From Clostridia bacterium (GTDB lineage: Bacteria > Bacillota > Clostridia > Oscillospirales > CAG-272), in the NCBI GenBank assembly GCA_017407835.1, contig JAFQVV010000027.1, positions 3,414 to 67,413 on the forward strand: a stretch of 64,000 bases of DNA. Reading direction: 5' to 3'. Below the pieces are notes generated by a model. It was not told the DNA's origin and made no database searches. It saw only the letters and a list, made by a program, of their open reading frames with translations. The position numbers were made by a program, and so were the translations under genes. Shown in pieces: positions 35,916 to 45,998 of the stretch; within the stretch, counting starts at the first letter, position 1; every line of letters starts with the position of its first letter.

Positions 35916-38882
35916 ATGATGAAAGCGAAATTCAGAAAATTAACAGCTCTTCTTCTGGCTATTCTTACGGTCTTGGGCAGTTCGGTTCTCGGTGTCAGCG
36001 CAGTTGACGGTGAGACTTCGGTTACTGACCAGACGATTGATGAAGTCAGAGAGCTGCTTAATGCGATTTCGTATGCGGAGTACTTGGAAGCAAACGCAGA
36101 TGTTCCGAGAGCTTCAAAGAATATCGTGATCAATGCGGTTGATTACGATAAAGAAAATACGGATGCCGAGGTGTCTGAGAAGACATGGGACGGCCAGACA
36201 GGATTGCATTTGCCGAGTTCGGGCACTGTATCCTGGAAGGTTAATATCCCTTCTACGGCAAAGTACAGTATCGTGCTTGAGTATTATCCCGATGAAGGAA
36301 AGGTAGCCTCCATTGAGCGTATCTTTATGATCAATGGTAAGGTTCCGTTTAAGGAAGCTCGATATCTGACCATGACCAAAGTGTGGGTAAATGAATATGA
36401 AGAGCCCGATGAAGAAGGACGTCTCTTCGTTGCGGATATCGACGGAAATGAGCTTCGTCCGACGATGAATCAGATGCCTGAATGGAGAACATATGAGCTC
36501 CACGATGCAGATGGCTTCTATACCGAGTCGTTTGAGTTTGTGCTCGAAGAGGGGGAGAATATCCTCTCGCTGGAGGCAGTCAACGAGCCAATGACGGTTA
36601 AGTCCATCTCGCTGGTTGTTCATGAGGATTTGACGCCTTATGCTGAAATTCAGGCTGAGTATGAAGCCAAGGGCTATCAGCCCGCATCTTCTGACAGTGT
36701 TGTTACATTGCAGGCAGAGCATCCTACCGCGACGTCGTCGCAGACGATCTATCCCATCGAGGATAGAACTTCTGCCATCACGGTTCCGCAGGATGCTTCA
36801 CGCAGTCTGCTGAATACCATCGGCGGTGATAAGTGGCAGAACGCAGGTCAGTGGATTCGCTATGAGTTTGAAGTGCCCGAGAGCGGTCTGTATCAGATCG
36901 TCCCTCGTTTCAAGCAGGATCTGCTTGACGGTATGTTTGTCTCGCGTACCCTTCGTATCAACGGAGAAATTCCGTTTAAAGAAGCAACTGAGCTTCGCTT
37001 CAATTATTCGACCGAATGGCAGGTTGAGCCGCTCAATGACGGCGAGACTGCATTTGAGTTCTATTTTGAGGCAGGCAAAACCTATACCATCGAATTTGAG
37101 GTTGCCCTTGGTGAGATGGGCGAGGTTATCCGCGATATCGATGCTTCTCTTGCAAGCATTAACGCTGACTATCTTGAAATTCTGAAGCTGACGGGTGCTA
37201 CGCCTGACGAATACCGTGACTACGGTTTCTCGCGTATCATGCCCGATACGATCATCGACCTGATCATTCAGTCGAGAACCATTGAGGGCGTTTCGGAAAT
37301 GCTTACCGAGTTGGCGGGAACCAAGGGTTCCAACACCGCAACACTGGATAAGGTTGCGTTCCTGCTTGACCGTATGGGCGGCAATGAAGATGAGGTCGCA
37401 AAGAATCTTGAACAGTTGAAATCTTATATCGGTTCGCTGGGTACTTGGGTTGGCGATATGAAGTCACAGCCCCTGCGTCTCGATTACATCGTTATTCAGC
37501 CCGCAGAAAATGAACTGCCTAAGGCAGAAGCCGGTTTCTTTGCTGCATTTGGCTTTGAGGTACAGTCCTTCATTCAGTCCTTCTTCCGTAACTATAACCG
37601 TATGGGCGCAATTACCGATACGACTAACGATGCGGATGCGGTTGAAGTATGGTTGGCTTACGGTCGTGACCAGACACAGGTTATCCGTAACCTGATCAAT
37701 AACGATTTCACTCCCAAGACGGGGATATCCGTTAACCTGAAGCTGGTTGCAGGCGGTACGCTGCTTCCCTCGGTTTTGGCCAACATGGGTCCTGATGTTT
37801 ACATCGGTCTCGGCCAGAGTGATGTTATCAACTATGCAATCCGAAGCGCAATCAAACCCATCGAAGGCTTTGAAGATTTTGAGGAAACGCTGGTCGACTT
37901 CAATGATGCAGCAATGCTGCCTCTGGGTATTGAAGATGCCGAAGGCGTCTTCCATTACTACGGTCTGCCCGAGACGCAAAGCTTCCCGATGATGTTCTAT
38001 CGCAAGGACATTCTTGCTGAGCTTGGCATCGATATTCCGAAGACCTGGGATGATATTCTTGCCGCGGTTCCTGTATTGCAGGCAAACAATATGACCATCG
38101 GTCTTTCCAAGGACTATAAGATGTTCCTGTATCAGATGGGCGGCGAACTCTTTGCCGATAACGGCATGCGCATCAATCTTGATTCGAATGTTGCACTTGA
38201 ATCCTTTGAGATGATGTGTAATATGTTTACCATGTATTCCTTCCCCTATAAGTATGACTTTGCAAACCGCTTCCGTACCGGTGAGATGCCGATCGGTATC
38301 GCTGCTTATAACGGTACATATAACCAGCTGATCGTCTTTGCAACAGAAATCCGCGGTCTGTGGGAATTTGTTCCGCTGCCCGGTATTATGGATGAAGACG
38401 GCAACATCAATAACGTTTCGGTTTCCACGGTTTCTGCTATCGTTATGATGGCCGGCTGTGAGAACGAAGAGGCTGCTTGGGAATTTATGAAGTGGCATGT
38501 CGATGAACAGTGCCAGACAGACTACTCCAATGAAATGGTTGCAATCCTTGGTCCTTCGGCTAAGCATGCAACGGCAAATGAGACGGCGCTGAAGTCGCTG
38601 CCTTGGACTACCGCCGAATTGGAAAATCTGGAGCTGCAGTTCAATAACCTTGCCTCCATCCCGAACTATCCCGGCTCTTACATTTTGGATCGTTATACCA
38701 ACTTCGCGTTCCTGGCTGCTTACAACAGCAAAGCAGACCCCGTGGAGCAGCTGTTGAGCTACATCCCGACGATCAATAAGGAGATCACACGTAAGAGAAG
38801 CGAGTTCGGTCTGCCGACCCTTGAGCTTGGTCAGACGTTGGCCGATCTTCAGGCAGAGCAGCAAGGCACTCCTGCTGAATAA
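35916..38882 (+). CDS. Giant extracellular solute-binding protein: signal peptide, two CBM-like beta-sandwich modules, helical linker, family-1 sugar SBP domain
   Basis: 988 aa. Internal duplication (GTVSWKVNIPSTAKYSIVLEYYPDEG...INGKVPFKEA versus GQWIRYEFEVPESGLYQIVPRFKQD...INGEIPFKEA). The C-terminal 430 aa or so look like a sugar-ABC binding protein. AGGAGG RBS. Confidence 0.8.
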   Translation: MMKAKFRKLTALLLAILTVLGSSVLGVSAVDGETSVTDQTIDEVRELLNAISYAEYLEANADVPRASKNIVINAVDYDKENTDAEVSEKTWDGQTGLHLPSSGTVSWKVNIPSTAKYSIVLEYYPDEGKVASIERIFMINGKVPFKEARYLTMTKVWVNEYEEPDEEGRLFVADIDGNELRPTMNQMPEWRTYELHDADGFYTESFEFVLEEGENILSLEAVNEPMTVKSISLVVHEDLTPYAEIQAEYEAKGYQPASSDSVVTLQAEHPTATSSQTIYPIEDRTSAITVPQDASRSLLNTIGGDKWQNAGQWIRYEFEVPESGLYQIVPRFKQDLLDGMFVSRTLRINGEIPFKEATELRFNYSTEWQVEPLNDGETAFEFYFEAGKTYTIEFEVALGEMGEVIRDIDASLASINADYLEILKLTGATPDEYRDYGFSRIMPDTIIDLIIQSRTIEGVSEMLTELAGTKGSNTATLDKVAFLLDRMGGNEDEVAKNLEQLKSYIGSLGTWVGDMKSQPLRLDYIVIQPAENELPKAEAGFFAAFGFEVQSFIQSFFRNYNRMGAITDTTNDADAVEVWLAYGRDQTQVIRNLINNDFTPKTGISVNLKLVAGGTLLPSVLANMGPDVYIGLGQSDVINYAIRSAIKPIEGFEDFEETLVDFNDAAMLPLGIEDAEGVFHYYGLPETQSFPMMFYRKDILAELGIDIPKTWDDILAAVPVLQANNMTIGLSKDYKMFLYQMGGELFADNGMRINLDSNVALESFEMMCNMFTMYSFPYKYDFANRFRTGEMPIGIAAYNGTYNQLIVFATEIRGLWEFVPLPGIMDEDGNINNVSVSTVSAIVMMAGCENEEAAWEFMKWHVDEQCQTDYSNEMVAILGPSAKHATANETALKSLPWTTAELENLELQFNNLASIPNYPGSYILDRYTNFAFLAAYNSKADPVEQLLSYIPTINKEITRKRSEFGLPTLELGQTLADLQAEQQGTPAE

Positions 38883-38935
38883 ACTGTTCGATTCGATCAT
38901 TTAATAAAGAAATCTGAAATAAGGAGAGAGCGCAA

Positions 38936-39883
38936 ATGTCACAAAAAACGGCAGCACCGAAAGCGGTTTCCCGCAAGGACATGACACGTGCGCAGTGGAC
39001 GTGGAAGGAGATTAAGCGCAATAAAGTTGCATACTTTATGGTCGCACCTTATGTCATCCTCTTTACCATCTTTACTGTTGTTCCCGTTGTCTTCTCAATG
39101 TTCTTGAGTCTGACCGAATTTAACCTCCTCGAGCCTCCGAGATTCCTGTTCTTGGATAACTACATCCGTCTGTTTCTGGATGATGACATTTTCATTTTGG
39201 CTTGCCAGAATACCTTCATTTTCGCCGTTATCGTCGGTCCGGCATCTTACTTGATGTCGCTGATGGTTGCATGGTTTATCAACGAGCTGTCCCCCAAGAT
39301 CCGCGCAGTTGTTACGCTGATCTTCTACGCACCGTCTATCTCGGGTCAGGTTTACCTGATTTGGGGTACCCTTTTCTCGGGTGACGCTTACGGTTGGGTC
39401 AACGGTACTCTGCTTAAGCTCGGTTTGATTACCCAGGAGATCCAGTTCTTCGAGTCGGCAAAGTGGGTTATGCCCCTTTGTATCGTCGTTGCCCTCTGGA
39501 CCTCGCTTGGTACCTCCTTCCTGTCCTTCATCGCCGGTCTTCAGGGTATCGACCGCTCGATGTACGAGGCAGGTGCGGTTGACGGTATCCGCAACCGTTG
39601 GCAAGAGCTTTGGTATGTCACCCTCCCCTCCATGAAGCCCCAGCTGATGTTCGGTGCAATCATGTCGATTACCAGTACCTTCGGTTTCGGCGGCGTTGTT
39701 ACCGCACTCTGCGGATTTCCCTCGGTTGACTACGCAGCACATACCATTATGCACTGTCTGGAAGACTACGGCAGCCAGCGTTTCGAGGTTGGTTATGCGT
39801 CGGCCATCGCGGTCGTACTCTTCGCCATCATGATTGGTGCAAATATGCTGGTCAAGAAAATACTCTCAAAGGTGGGACAATAA
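38936..39883 (+). CDS. Sugar ABC transporter permease (MalF/UgpA-type), pair 1
   Basis: Six TM helices. EAA loop MYEAGAVDGIRNRWQELWYVTLPSMKP. Confidence 0.9.
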   Translation: MSQKTAAPKAVSRKDMTRAQWTWKEIKRNKVAYFMVAPYVILFTIFTVVPVVFSMFLSLTEFNLLEPPRFLFLDNYIRLFLDDDIFILACQNTFIFAVIVGPASYLMSLMVAWFINELSPKIRAVVTLIFYAPSISGQVYLIWGTLFSGDAYGWVNGTLLKLGLITQEIQFFESAKWVMPLCIVVALWTSLGTSFLSFIAGLQGIDRSMYEAGAVDGIRNRWQELWYVTLPSMKPQLMFGAIMSITSTFGFGGVVTALCGFPSVDYAAHTIMHCLEDYGSQRFEVGYASAIAVVLFAIMIGANMLVKKILSKVGQ

Positions 39884-39884
39884 T

Positions 39885-40757
39885 ATGGCAAAACTGAGAA
39901 CAAGAAAACATAAAGTTGTCCTGAACCGCTCGGCCGGCGGTGATGCAGGTATCGTATTCCTGCTCGTTATCCTGGGTGCATTCATGTTCCTGCCGATGCT
40001 TTATGTCATCATGCAGTCGCTGAAGCCTCTGGATGAGCTGTGGATGTTCCCCCCTCGCTTCTATGTGGTTAAGCCCACCTTCAAGAACTTCAAAGATTTG
40101 TTCACTCTGATGAATGACTCTTGGGTTCCGTTCTCCCGCTACATCTTCAATACCGTGTTCATTTCGGTAGTCGGTACCGCAGGTCACCTGTTCTTCGCTT
40201 CTCTGGCTGCATACGCTTTTGCGAAGATCAAGTTCCCCGGCGGAAAGCTGATGTTCACCACCATCCGTACCTCGCTGATGTTCCACGCCACCGTTACTTC
40301 GCTGGTTAACTTCATCGTTATGTCCTGGTTTGGTTGGATTGATACTTATGCGGCTGTGATTATCCCCGGCTTTGCATCAACGCTTGGCCTTTACCTGATG
40401 AAGCAGTTCATGGACACCAACGTATCGGGTGCGGTGCTTGAGTCCTCCCGACTCGACGGTGCAAGTGAGCTGAAGACCTTCTGGGTTATTGCAATGCCGA
40501 TGGTTAAGCCTGCCTGGCTCACCCTTATCATCTACCGTTTCAAGGATCTTTGGAACGAGGGTGCATCGATCTACATTCACTCGGAGCAGTTGAAAACCTT
40601 CAACTATGCAATCCAGCAGATTATGGCGGGCGGTATCAAGCGCGCAGGTGCAAGTGCTGCCTCTACCGTTGTTATGATGTTGGTTCCGATTCTCGTTTTC
40701 GTTATTTCGCAGTCGAACATTATCGAGACCATGGGCTCGAGCGGCATGAAGGATTAA
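39885..40757 (+). CDS. Sugar ABC transporter permease (MalG/UgpE-type), pair 1
   Basis: EAA loop LESSRLDGASELKTFWVIAMPMVKP. The ATG is 1 nt after the upstream stop. Confidence 0.9.
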   Translation: MAKLRTRKHKVVLNRSAGGDAGIVFLLVILGAFMFLPMLYVIMQSLKPLDELWMFPPRFYVVKPTFKNFKDLFTLMNDSWVPFSRYIFNTVFISVVGTAGHLFFASLAAYAFAKIKFPGGKLMFTTIRTSLMFHATVTSLVNFIVMSWFGWIDTYAAVIIPGFASTLGLYLMKQFMDTNVSGAVLESSRLDGASELKTFWVIAMPMVKPAWLTLIIYRFKDLWNEGASIYIHSEQLKTFNYAIQQIMAGGIKRAGASAASTVVMMLVPILVFVISQSNIIETMGSSGMKD

Positions 40758-40768
40758 GGAGGAAACCA

Positions 40769-42898
40769 ATGAAAAATATCATTCGAGTAATTGCATTGGT
40801 TTTCGCTGCAATGATGCTTTTCGCAGTGCCGATCAGTGCGGCTAAGCCCTACCAGACATACACCTATTCCATCGACGGTATGCCGCTGAATTCTCCTGAT
40901 GCATATACGCCTGTTATGACGGTTGACTCTGCATACATGGGACTTTCCAAGGCATTTGATGATCCGCGTGATCTCTTTGTTGACGATGAGAACAATGTTT
41001 ATCTTGTCGATGCAAAGAATAACCGCGTAATCGTTCTCGACCGCTACTATAAGCTGAAGTTTACTATCGGTGAGAAGACTTTCATCAACGACCAGGGTGT
41101 TCCGGATGAATTGACCGCGCCTTCCGGCGTGTTTGTCACCGAGGATATCATTTATGTTTGTGATACCGATGCAAACCGAATCGTAACTTTCGACCGTGAG
41201 GGTAATTTCATCAAGATTATTCCTCAGCCTGAATCGGAGCTCTTTTCCGAGGGAGCTGTCTACAAGCCCGTTGCGGTGGCGGTTGACCAGTACAATCGAC
41301 TTTACGTTGTTTCATCGACGACTTATCAGGGTATTATTGTTATGACCGATGAAGGCACGTTTACCGGTTTTATCGGTGCACAGAAGGTTGATGCCAATCC
41401 GCTGGAAATTCTGTGGAGACGCTTCCAGACCAAGGAGCAGCGTGAATTGACCGCGGAGATTATTCCGACCGAGTTTAACAATATTACCATCAACGACGAG
41501 GGTTTCATTTATGTAACCACTTCGTCGATTGATTCCAGCAAACAGCAGTCCGCAATCACATCCAAGAGTGGTGACTATGCGCCTGTTAAGATGCTGAACG
41601 CGTCCGGTGCTGAGATCATGCGTCGTAACGGCTTCTTCGCTCCTTCGGGTGAAGTACAGGTTTCGAACAGCGTGACTTCGGATATTACCGGTGCATCTAA
41701 GATTATAGATGTTGCTGTCGGTCCCGAGGGGACTTGGTCTATTATCGATGAAAAGCGCCAGAAGATCTTTACCTACGACTTTGATGGTAATCTTCTCTTT
41801 GCATTCGGAGATAAAGGTCAGCAGCTTGGCAACCTTTCCTCTATCGAGGCGGTTGTTTATCAGGGAAGTACCATGCTTGTGCTGGACAAGACAGCAGATA
41901 ACATTACCGTCTTCAAGCGCACCGAGTACGGCGATATCCTTATCCGAGCTCTGGAGCACCAGAACAACCGTCAGTATGAGTTGGCTGTCGATGACTGGAC
42001 GGAGATTCTGAAGAGAAACTCCAACTTCGATACCGCTTATATCGGCATCGGCCAGGCACTCTATCGCAATGCGGAATATGAGGAAGCCATTGAATATTAT
42101 AAGTCTGCATACGATACTGCCAACTATTCCAATGCGTATAAAGAATTGCGCAAGGCATGGATTGAGAAATATGTTCTGCTGATTCCTGTGATTGCAATCG
42201 TGTTGATTGTGGCCTTCGTGCTCTTCTTCCGTTATGCAGCGAAAGTGAATCTGCGTACCGCGACCAAGGGCGGCAAGCGTACACTTAAGGAGGAGCTGCT
42301 CTTCGGCTTCCACCTGATGCTGCATCCGTTTGACGGTTTCTGGGATTTGAAGCACGAAAAACGCGGTTCTGTACGCGCATCTGTTATTTATCTGGTGGTT
42401 GTCATTTTGACATTCTTCTATCAGGCAATCGGTACAGGCTATGTGATGAACCCCCGCGGTACATACACCACAGTTTTCTCGCAGGCGATCGCAGTATTGG
42501 TCCCCCTCTTCCTGTGGGTGACTGCAAACTGGTGCTTGACTACGCTGTTTGACGGCGAGGGCAGCTTTAAGGATATCTTCATCGCAACTTCCTATTCCCT
42601 TGTTCCCCTGCCGCTGCTGATTATCCCTGCTACGATTGCTTCCAACTTCGTCACCACGAGCGAAACCGCGATGATCAACTTGCTCTCGAGCTTCTCCTTC
42701 ATTTGGGCAATTCTGTTGATCTTCTTCGGTATGATGGTAACGCACGATTACACGCTGACCAAGAACCTGGTTATCTCACTGTGTACGGTTGTGGGTATGG
42801 TCTTCATTATGTTCGTGGGTATCCTGTTCACGACGCTGTTGGGTAAGATCGTCAGCTTTATTTCGAATATCGTTATCGAAATTAACTACCGACTATAA
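40769..42898 (+). CDS. Signal peptide + six-bladed NHL-repeat beta-propeller + TPR + C-terminal Yip1-family 5-TM domain
   Basis: Six NHL-like blades (for example NNVYLVDAKNNRVIVLD, IIYVCDTDANRIVTFDREGNF, NRLYVVSS, GFIYVTTS). TPR (AYIGIGQALYRNAEYEEAIEYYKSAYD). Then TM helices with a Yip1-like LMLHPFDGFWDLKHEKRGS segment. AAGGAGG RBS. Confidence 0.75.
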   Translation: MKNIIRVIALVFAAMMLFAVPISAAKPYQTYTYSIDGMPLNSPDAYTPVMTVDSAYMGLSKAFDDPRDLFVDDENNVYLVDAKNNRVIVLDRYYKLKFTIGEKTFINDQGVPDELTAPSGVFVTEDIIYVCDTDANRIVTFDREGNFIKIIPQPESELFSEGAVYKPVAVAVDQYNRLYVVSSTTYQGIIVMTDEGTFTGFIGAQKVDANPLEILWRRFQTKEQRELTAEIIPTEFNNITINDEGFIYVTTSSIDSSKQQSAITSKSGDYAPVKMLNASGAEIMRRNGFFAPSGEVQVSNSVTSDITGASKIIDVAVGPEGTWSIIDEKRQKIFTYDFDGNLLFAFGDKGQQLGNLSSIEAVVYQGSTMLVLDKTADNITVFKRTEYGDILIRALEHQNNRQYELAVDDWTEILKRNSNFDTAYIGIGQALYRNAEYEEAIEYYKSAYDTANYSNAYKELRKAWIEKYVLLIPVIAIVLIVAFVLFFRYAAKVNLRTATKGGKRTLKEELLFGFHLMLHPFDGFWDLKHEKRGSVRASVIYLVVVILTFFYQAIGTGYVMNPRGTYTTVFSQAIAVLVPLFLWVTANWCLTTLFDGEGSFKDIFIATSYSLVPLPLLIIPATIASNFVTTSETAMINLLSSFSFIWAILLIFFGMMVTHDYTLTKNLVISLCTVVGMVFIMFVGILFTTLLGKIVSFISNIVIEINYRL

Positions 42899-42921
42899 CG
42901 GACAGATAGGAGAAAGATTTA

Positions 42922-45900
42922 ATGAAAAAATTTAGAATTATATCGGCCCTCTTAGCTGCGTTGATGTTGGTCGGTTCTCTTACGGTTTTTGAAGTAAGTG
43001 CAGTCACCATGGTTGACGAGGATACTTATCTCGGCAAAAATGGTGTTGAGCATGAAGTTATCAATTACACTACACAGAAACATGCAACCGACGAAGAAAA
43101 GCTGAAGACGATGGATGTAATGGTAGAAAATCTTTACGGCTACCGACTTTACGCCGATTATTATTCAGGTGAAGTTGCATGTACCAATCTGGCATCCGGC
43201 CAGACGATTTTTACCAATCCTTACAACATTGGTGATTCCAACGGCTCCGCTTCTATCAAACAGCAGCTGATGTCACAGGTTATTATCAAATATACCGATA
43301 ATGACCAGGAAAAATATTTCTACAGTTATGAAGAAGCCGCTCTTCGCGGACAGATCAATGTAGAAAGCATTAAAAACGGTGTGCGCGTTGAGTACACCAT
43401 CGGTCGTGAGGAAACTCGTATGCTGGTTCCTCGTATGATCAAAAAGGAGCGTCTGGAAAACGAAATTCTCGCCTACATCGATAATGAGTGGGCGTATGAT
43501 AAGGTTAAAGCGTTCTACGATTTGCTTGATCCTTCTAAGGAGGAAACCGAAAAGGCGGCAACCGAGCTGCAGAGTAAATTCCCCATCACCAAAAAGATGG
43601 CAGTTTACATTTTCGATGTCAGTGCCTCCATGGGTGAGCTGAGAACCGTTGAGGAATACATCAAAGAGTACTGCCCGCTCTTCACTTACGAAGTGCTTGA
43701 TGATGTACATGCACAGGTTGAGTATGAAGGTGCCGACCGCGCTCCCGCACTCTTCCGTCTGGCTATCGAGTATACCCTCGATGAGGACGGTCTGATGATT
43801 CGTGTTCCTTTCAATGGTCTGCGTTTCGATGAATCCGAGTATAAGCTGACGGATGTACAGATTCTTCCTTACCTGGGAGCAGGTGCAAGCCCGAATACCG
43901 GTTATACTTTCCTGCCTGATGGTTCGGGTACGACAATCAAATTTGAGGATATCGCCAAAGTTTCCTCAACTACCCTGACCAGTAAGCTTTATGGCTTGGA
44001 TTATGCTTATCACAATATTTCAGGTGCGCATTTTGAGCAGATGACTCTGCCGATTTACGGCTTGGTCGAGAATGTTGAGAAAACCATCTCCAAGCAGGTT
44101 GACAACATCGTTGAAACAGTAGATCCCGAGACCGGCGAGACAATTCAGACGGTGGACGGAACAAAGACGGTTCGTGAGGAATATAAGGAAGACCGAGGCT
44201 TTGCCGTTCTCATTGAAGAAGGCGAAGCATTGGCGGAGATTTCCTCTATCCACGGCGGATCACTGCATATGTACCATTCGGTTACCACGCGAATCGTTCC
44301 TCGCCCGAAAGATTCGTATAACCTCCGTGATGCAATTTCGGTTGGTTCCAATGCAACTTGGACGGTTGTTTCCGAGCGTAAGTATGTTGGTAACTTGAAG
44401 CTTCGTGTCTTTATGCTGACCGATCAGACGATCGCAGAAGAGAAGGGGCTGGAAGATACCTATGAACCTACCCATTACGGTATCCTTGCTGCTGTTCGTG
44501 ACTATTGGTTTAAGACGGGTGTACTCACTCGCTTGACCGAAGAAGATGTAAAAGAAGATATCCCGCTTTACATCGAATCGTTCGGCGCACTGGAGACGCT
44601 GGAAAAGGTCTTGTCCGTTCCTGTCTGGGTAATGACTCCCCTGACCACCTTTGACAATATCAAGACGATGTATGATGAACTCTCGGCTGAGGGTATTACC
44701 AACATCAACTTCCGTTTGACCGGTTTTGCCAACGGCGGTTTGTACAGTGAAATTCCCTCTGATCTGAAGTGGGAAAAAGTGGTTGGTGGCAGCGAAGGCT
44801 TTGAAGATCTTGTCGCGTATGCGAAGGAAAAAGATTTCGGCATTTTCCCCGACTTTGATTTCTCGTATTCCGATTACAACACACTCTTCGACTCGCTCAA
44901 TCTCAAGAAGCATGCAGTCAAGACCATCAACAATCAGTATACCTCTAAGCGCTACTACAGTGCGACCTACCAGTCCTTTGAGTCGTACGGCGAGCTGGCA
45001 ATCTCCCCTGCATATTTCGATTATTTCTATACCAAGCTGAATGCAAAATATCAGGAATACAATCCCGTTGGTATTTCGGTATCCACATTGGCATCCGATT
45101 TGAATTCAGACTTTGATGAGGATGAGCCTTACAACCGTGAGGATAACAAGGAATTTACGGTTGATCTTCTCAAGAAGCTTGACGAGGACTATGATCAGGT
45201 TATGTCGGATGTCGGTAATGCTTATGCACTGCCTTATGTTGACCACCTGCTTAATGTTCCTCTGGATTCCAGCCGTTTCCTGAAGGCCAGCAATTCAATT
45301 CCGGCAACGGGTATTCTGCTCCATGGCTCGATTAGCTTTGCCGGTACGCCGATCAATATGGCGGGCGATATTGCCTACGATTTCCTGAAAGCAATTGAAA
45401 ACGGTGCAAGCCTCTACTTTACGCTTTCTTATCAGAATACCGATGAACTCAAGGAAGATTTCCAGTTCAGTAAGTATTATTCGATTCGTTATGACATTTG
45501 GTTTGATGAAGTGGTTGAACGCTACAACGAACTCAATGCAATTACCAAGGATTTGCAAACTAAGCTGATCGTTGGTCATGAGTTCCTGATCGGTGAGCGT
45601 GTACCCGATGCGGACGAAATTGAAGCAGATAAGCAGGCGGTTCTCGACGCCGAAGCAGCACAAAAGGCCAAGGAAGAGGAAGCTGCCCGTAAAGCTGCAC
45701 TGGAAGAAGAGCGCGCAAAGCGTAAGGCCGAGGAAAACGGTGAGGAGTATATTCCTCCTGTTTCTGAGGAGGTTCCGGAAGAGAATACCGATTCTACCGA
45801 GTCTGTGAAACCCGAAGGCTATGTCTACACCAAGTACACCTCTGATGATGGCAGCATCGTTAAGGTAACGTACGAGGGTGGCATCATCTTCTACCTCAAC

Positions 45901-45981
45901 TATAACAACTTTGCCGTCACGATTGAAGATAACGGTCAGACCTATACGCTGTCTGCGTACGGCTATGTTAGAGTAAACTAA
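42922..45981 (+). CDS. Large secreted or anchored protein of unknown function (recalled as DUF5696-like)
   Basis: 1019 aa. N-terminal signal/anchor MKKFRIISALLAALMLVGSLTVFEVSA. No catalytic motif recognised by eye. Charged E/K/A-rich segment near nt 45605-45820. The family assignment is from memory of similar gene neighbourhoods and has not been verified. Confidence 0.6.
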   Translation: MKKFRIISALLAALMLVGSLTVFEVSAVTMVDEDTYLGKNGVEHEVINYTTQKHATDEEKLKTMDVMVENLYGYRLYADYYSGEVACTNLASGQTIFTNPYNIGDSNGSASIKQQLMSQVIIKYTDNDQEKYFYSYEEAALRGQINVESIKNGVRVEYTIGREETRMLVPRMIKKERLENEILAYIDNEWAYDKVKAFYDLLDPSKEETEKAATELQSKFPITKKMAVYIFDVSASMGELRTVEEYIKEYCPLFTYEVLDDVHAQVEYEGADRAPALFRLAIEYTLDEDGLMIRVPFNGLRFDESEYKLTDVQILPYLGAGASPNTGYTFLPDGSGTTIKFEDIAKVSSTTLTSKLYGLDYAYHNISGAHFEQMTLPIYGLVENVEKTISKQVDNIVETVDPETGETIQTVDGTKTVREEYKEDRGFAVLIEEGEALAEISSIHGGSLHMYHSVTTRIVPRPKDSYNLRDAISVGSNATWTVVSERKYVGNLKLRVFMLTDQTIAEEKGLEDTYEPTHYGILAAVRDYWFKTGVLTRLTEEDVKEDIPLYIESFGALETLEKVLSVPVWVMTPLTTFDNIKTMYDELSAEGITNINFRLTGFANGGLYSEIPSDLKWEKVVGGSEGFEDLVAYAKEKDFGIFPDFDFSYSDYNTLFDSLNLKKHAVKTINNQYTSKRYYSATYQSFESYGELAISPAYFDYFYTKLNAKYQEYNPVGISVSTLASDLNSDFDEDEPYNREDNKEFTVDLLKKLDEDYDQVMSDVGNAYALPYVDHLLNVPLDSSRFLKASNSIPATGILLHGSISFAGTPINMAGDIAYDFLKAIENGASLYFTLSYQNTDELKEDFQFSKYYSIRYDIWFDEVVERYNELNAITKDLQTKLIVGHEFLIGERVPDADEIEADKQAVLDAEAAQKAKEEEAARKAALEEERAKRKAEENGEEYIPPVSEEVPEENTDSTESVKPEGYVYTKYTSDDGSIVKVTYEGGIIFYLNYNNFAVTIEDNGQTYTLSAYGYVRVN

Positions 45982-45998
45982 GAAAGAGAGGTGTGCAT

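Noticed and set aside
35921-35935. cre-like sequence TGAAAGCGAAATTCA at the start of the SBP gene
   Set aside because: It has the wrong length and fails the conserved T and C positions of the TGWNANCGNTNWCA consensus. Probably coincidental within the codons for MKAKFRK.
34883-36133. ORFs of 130 aa (+), 91 aa (-) and 145 aa (-) in the AT-rich spacer and leader
   Set aside because: Basic, low-complexity translations with no RBS. One overlaps the SBP start and another spans the mapped promoter. Treated as non-coding.
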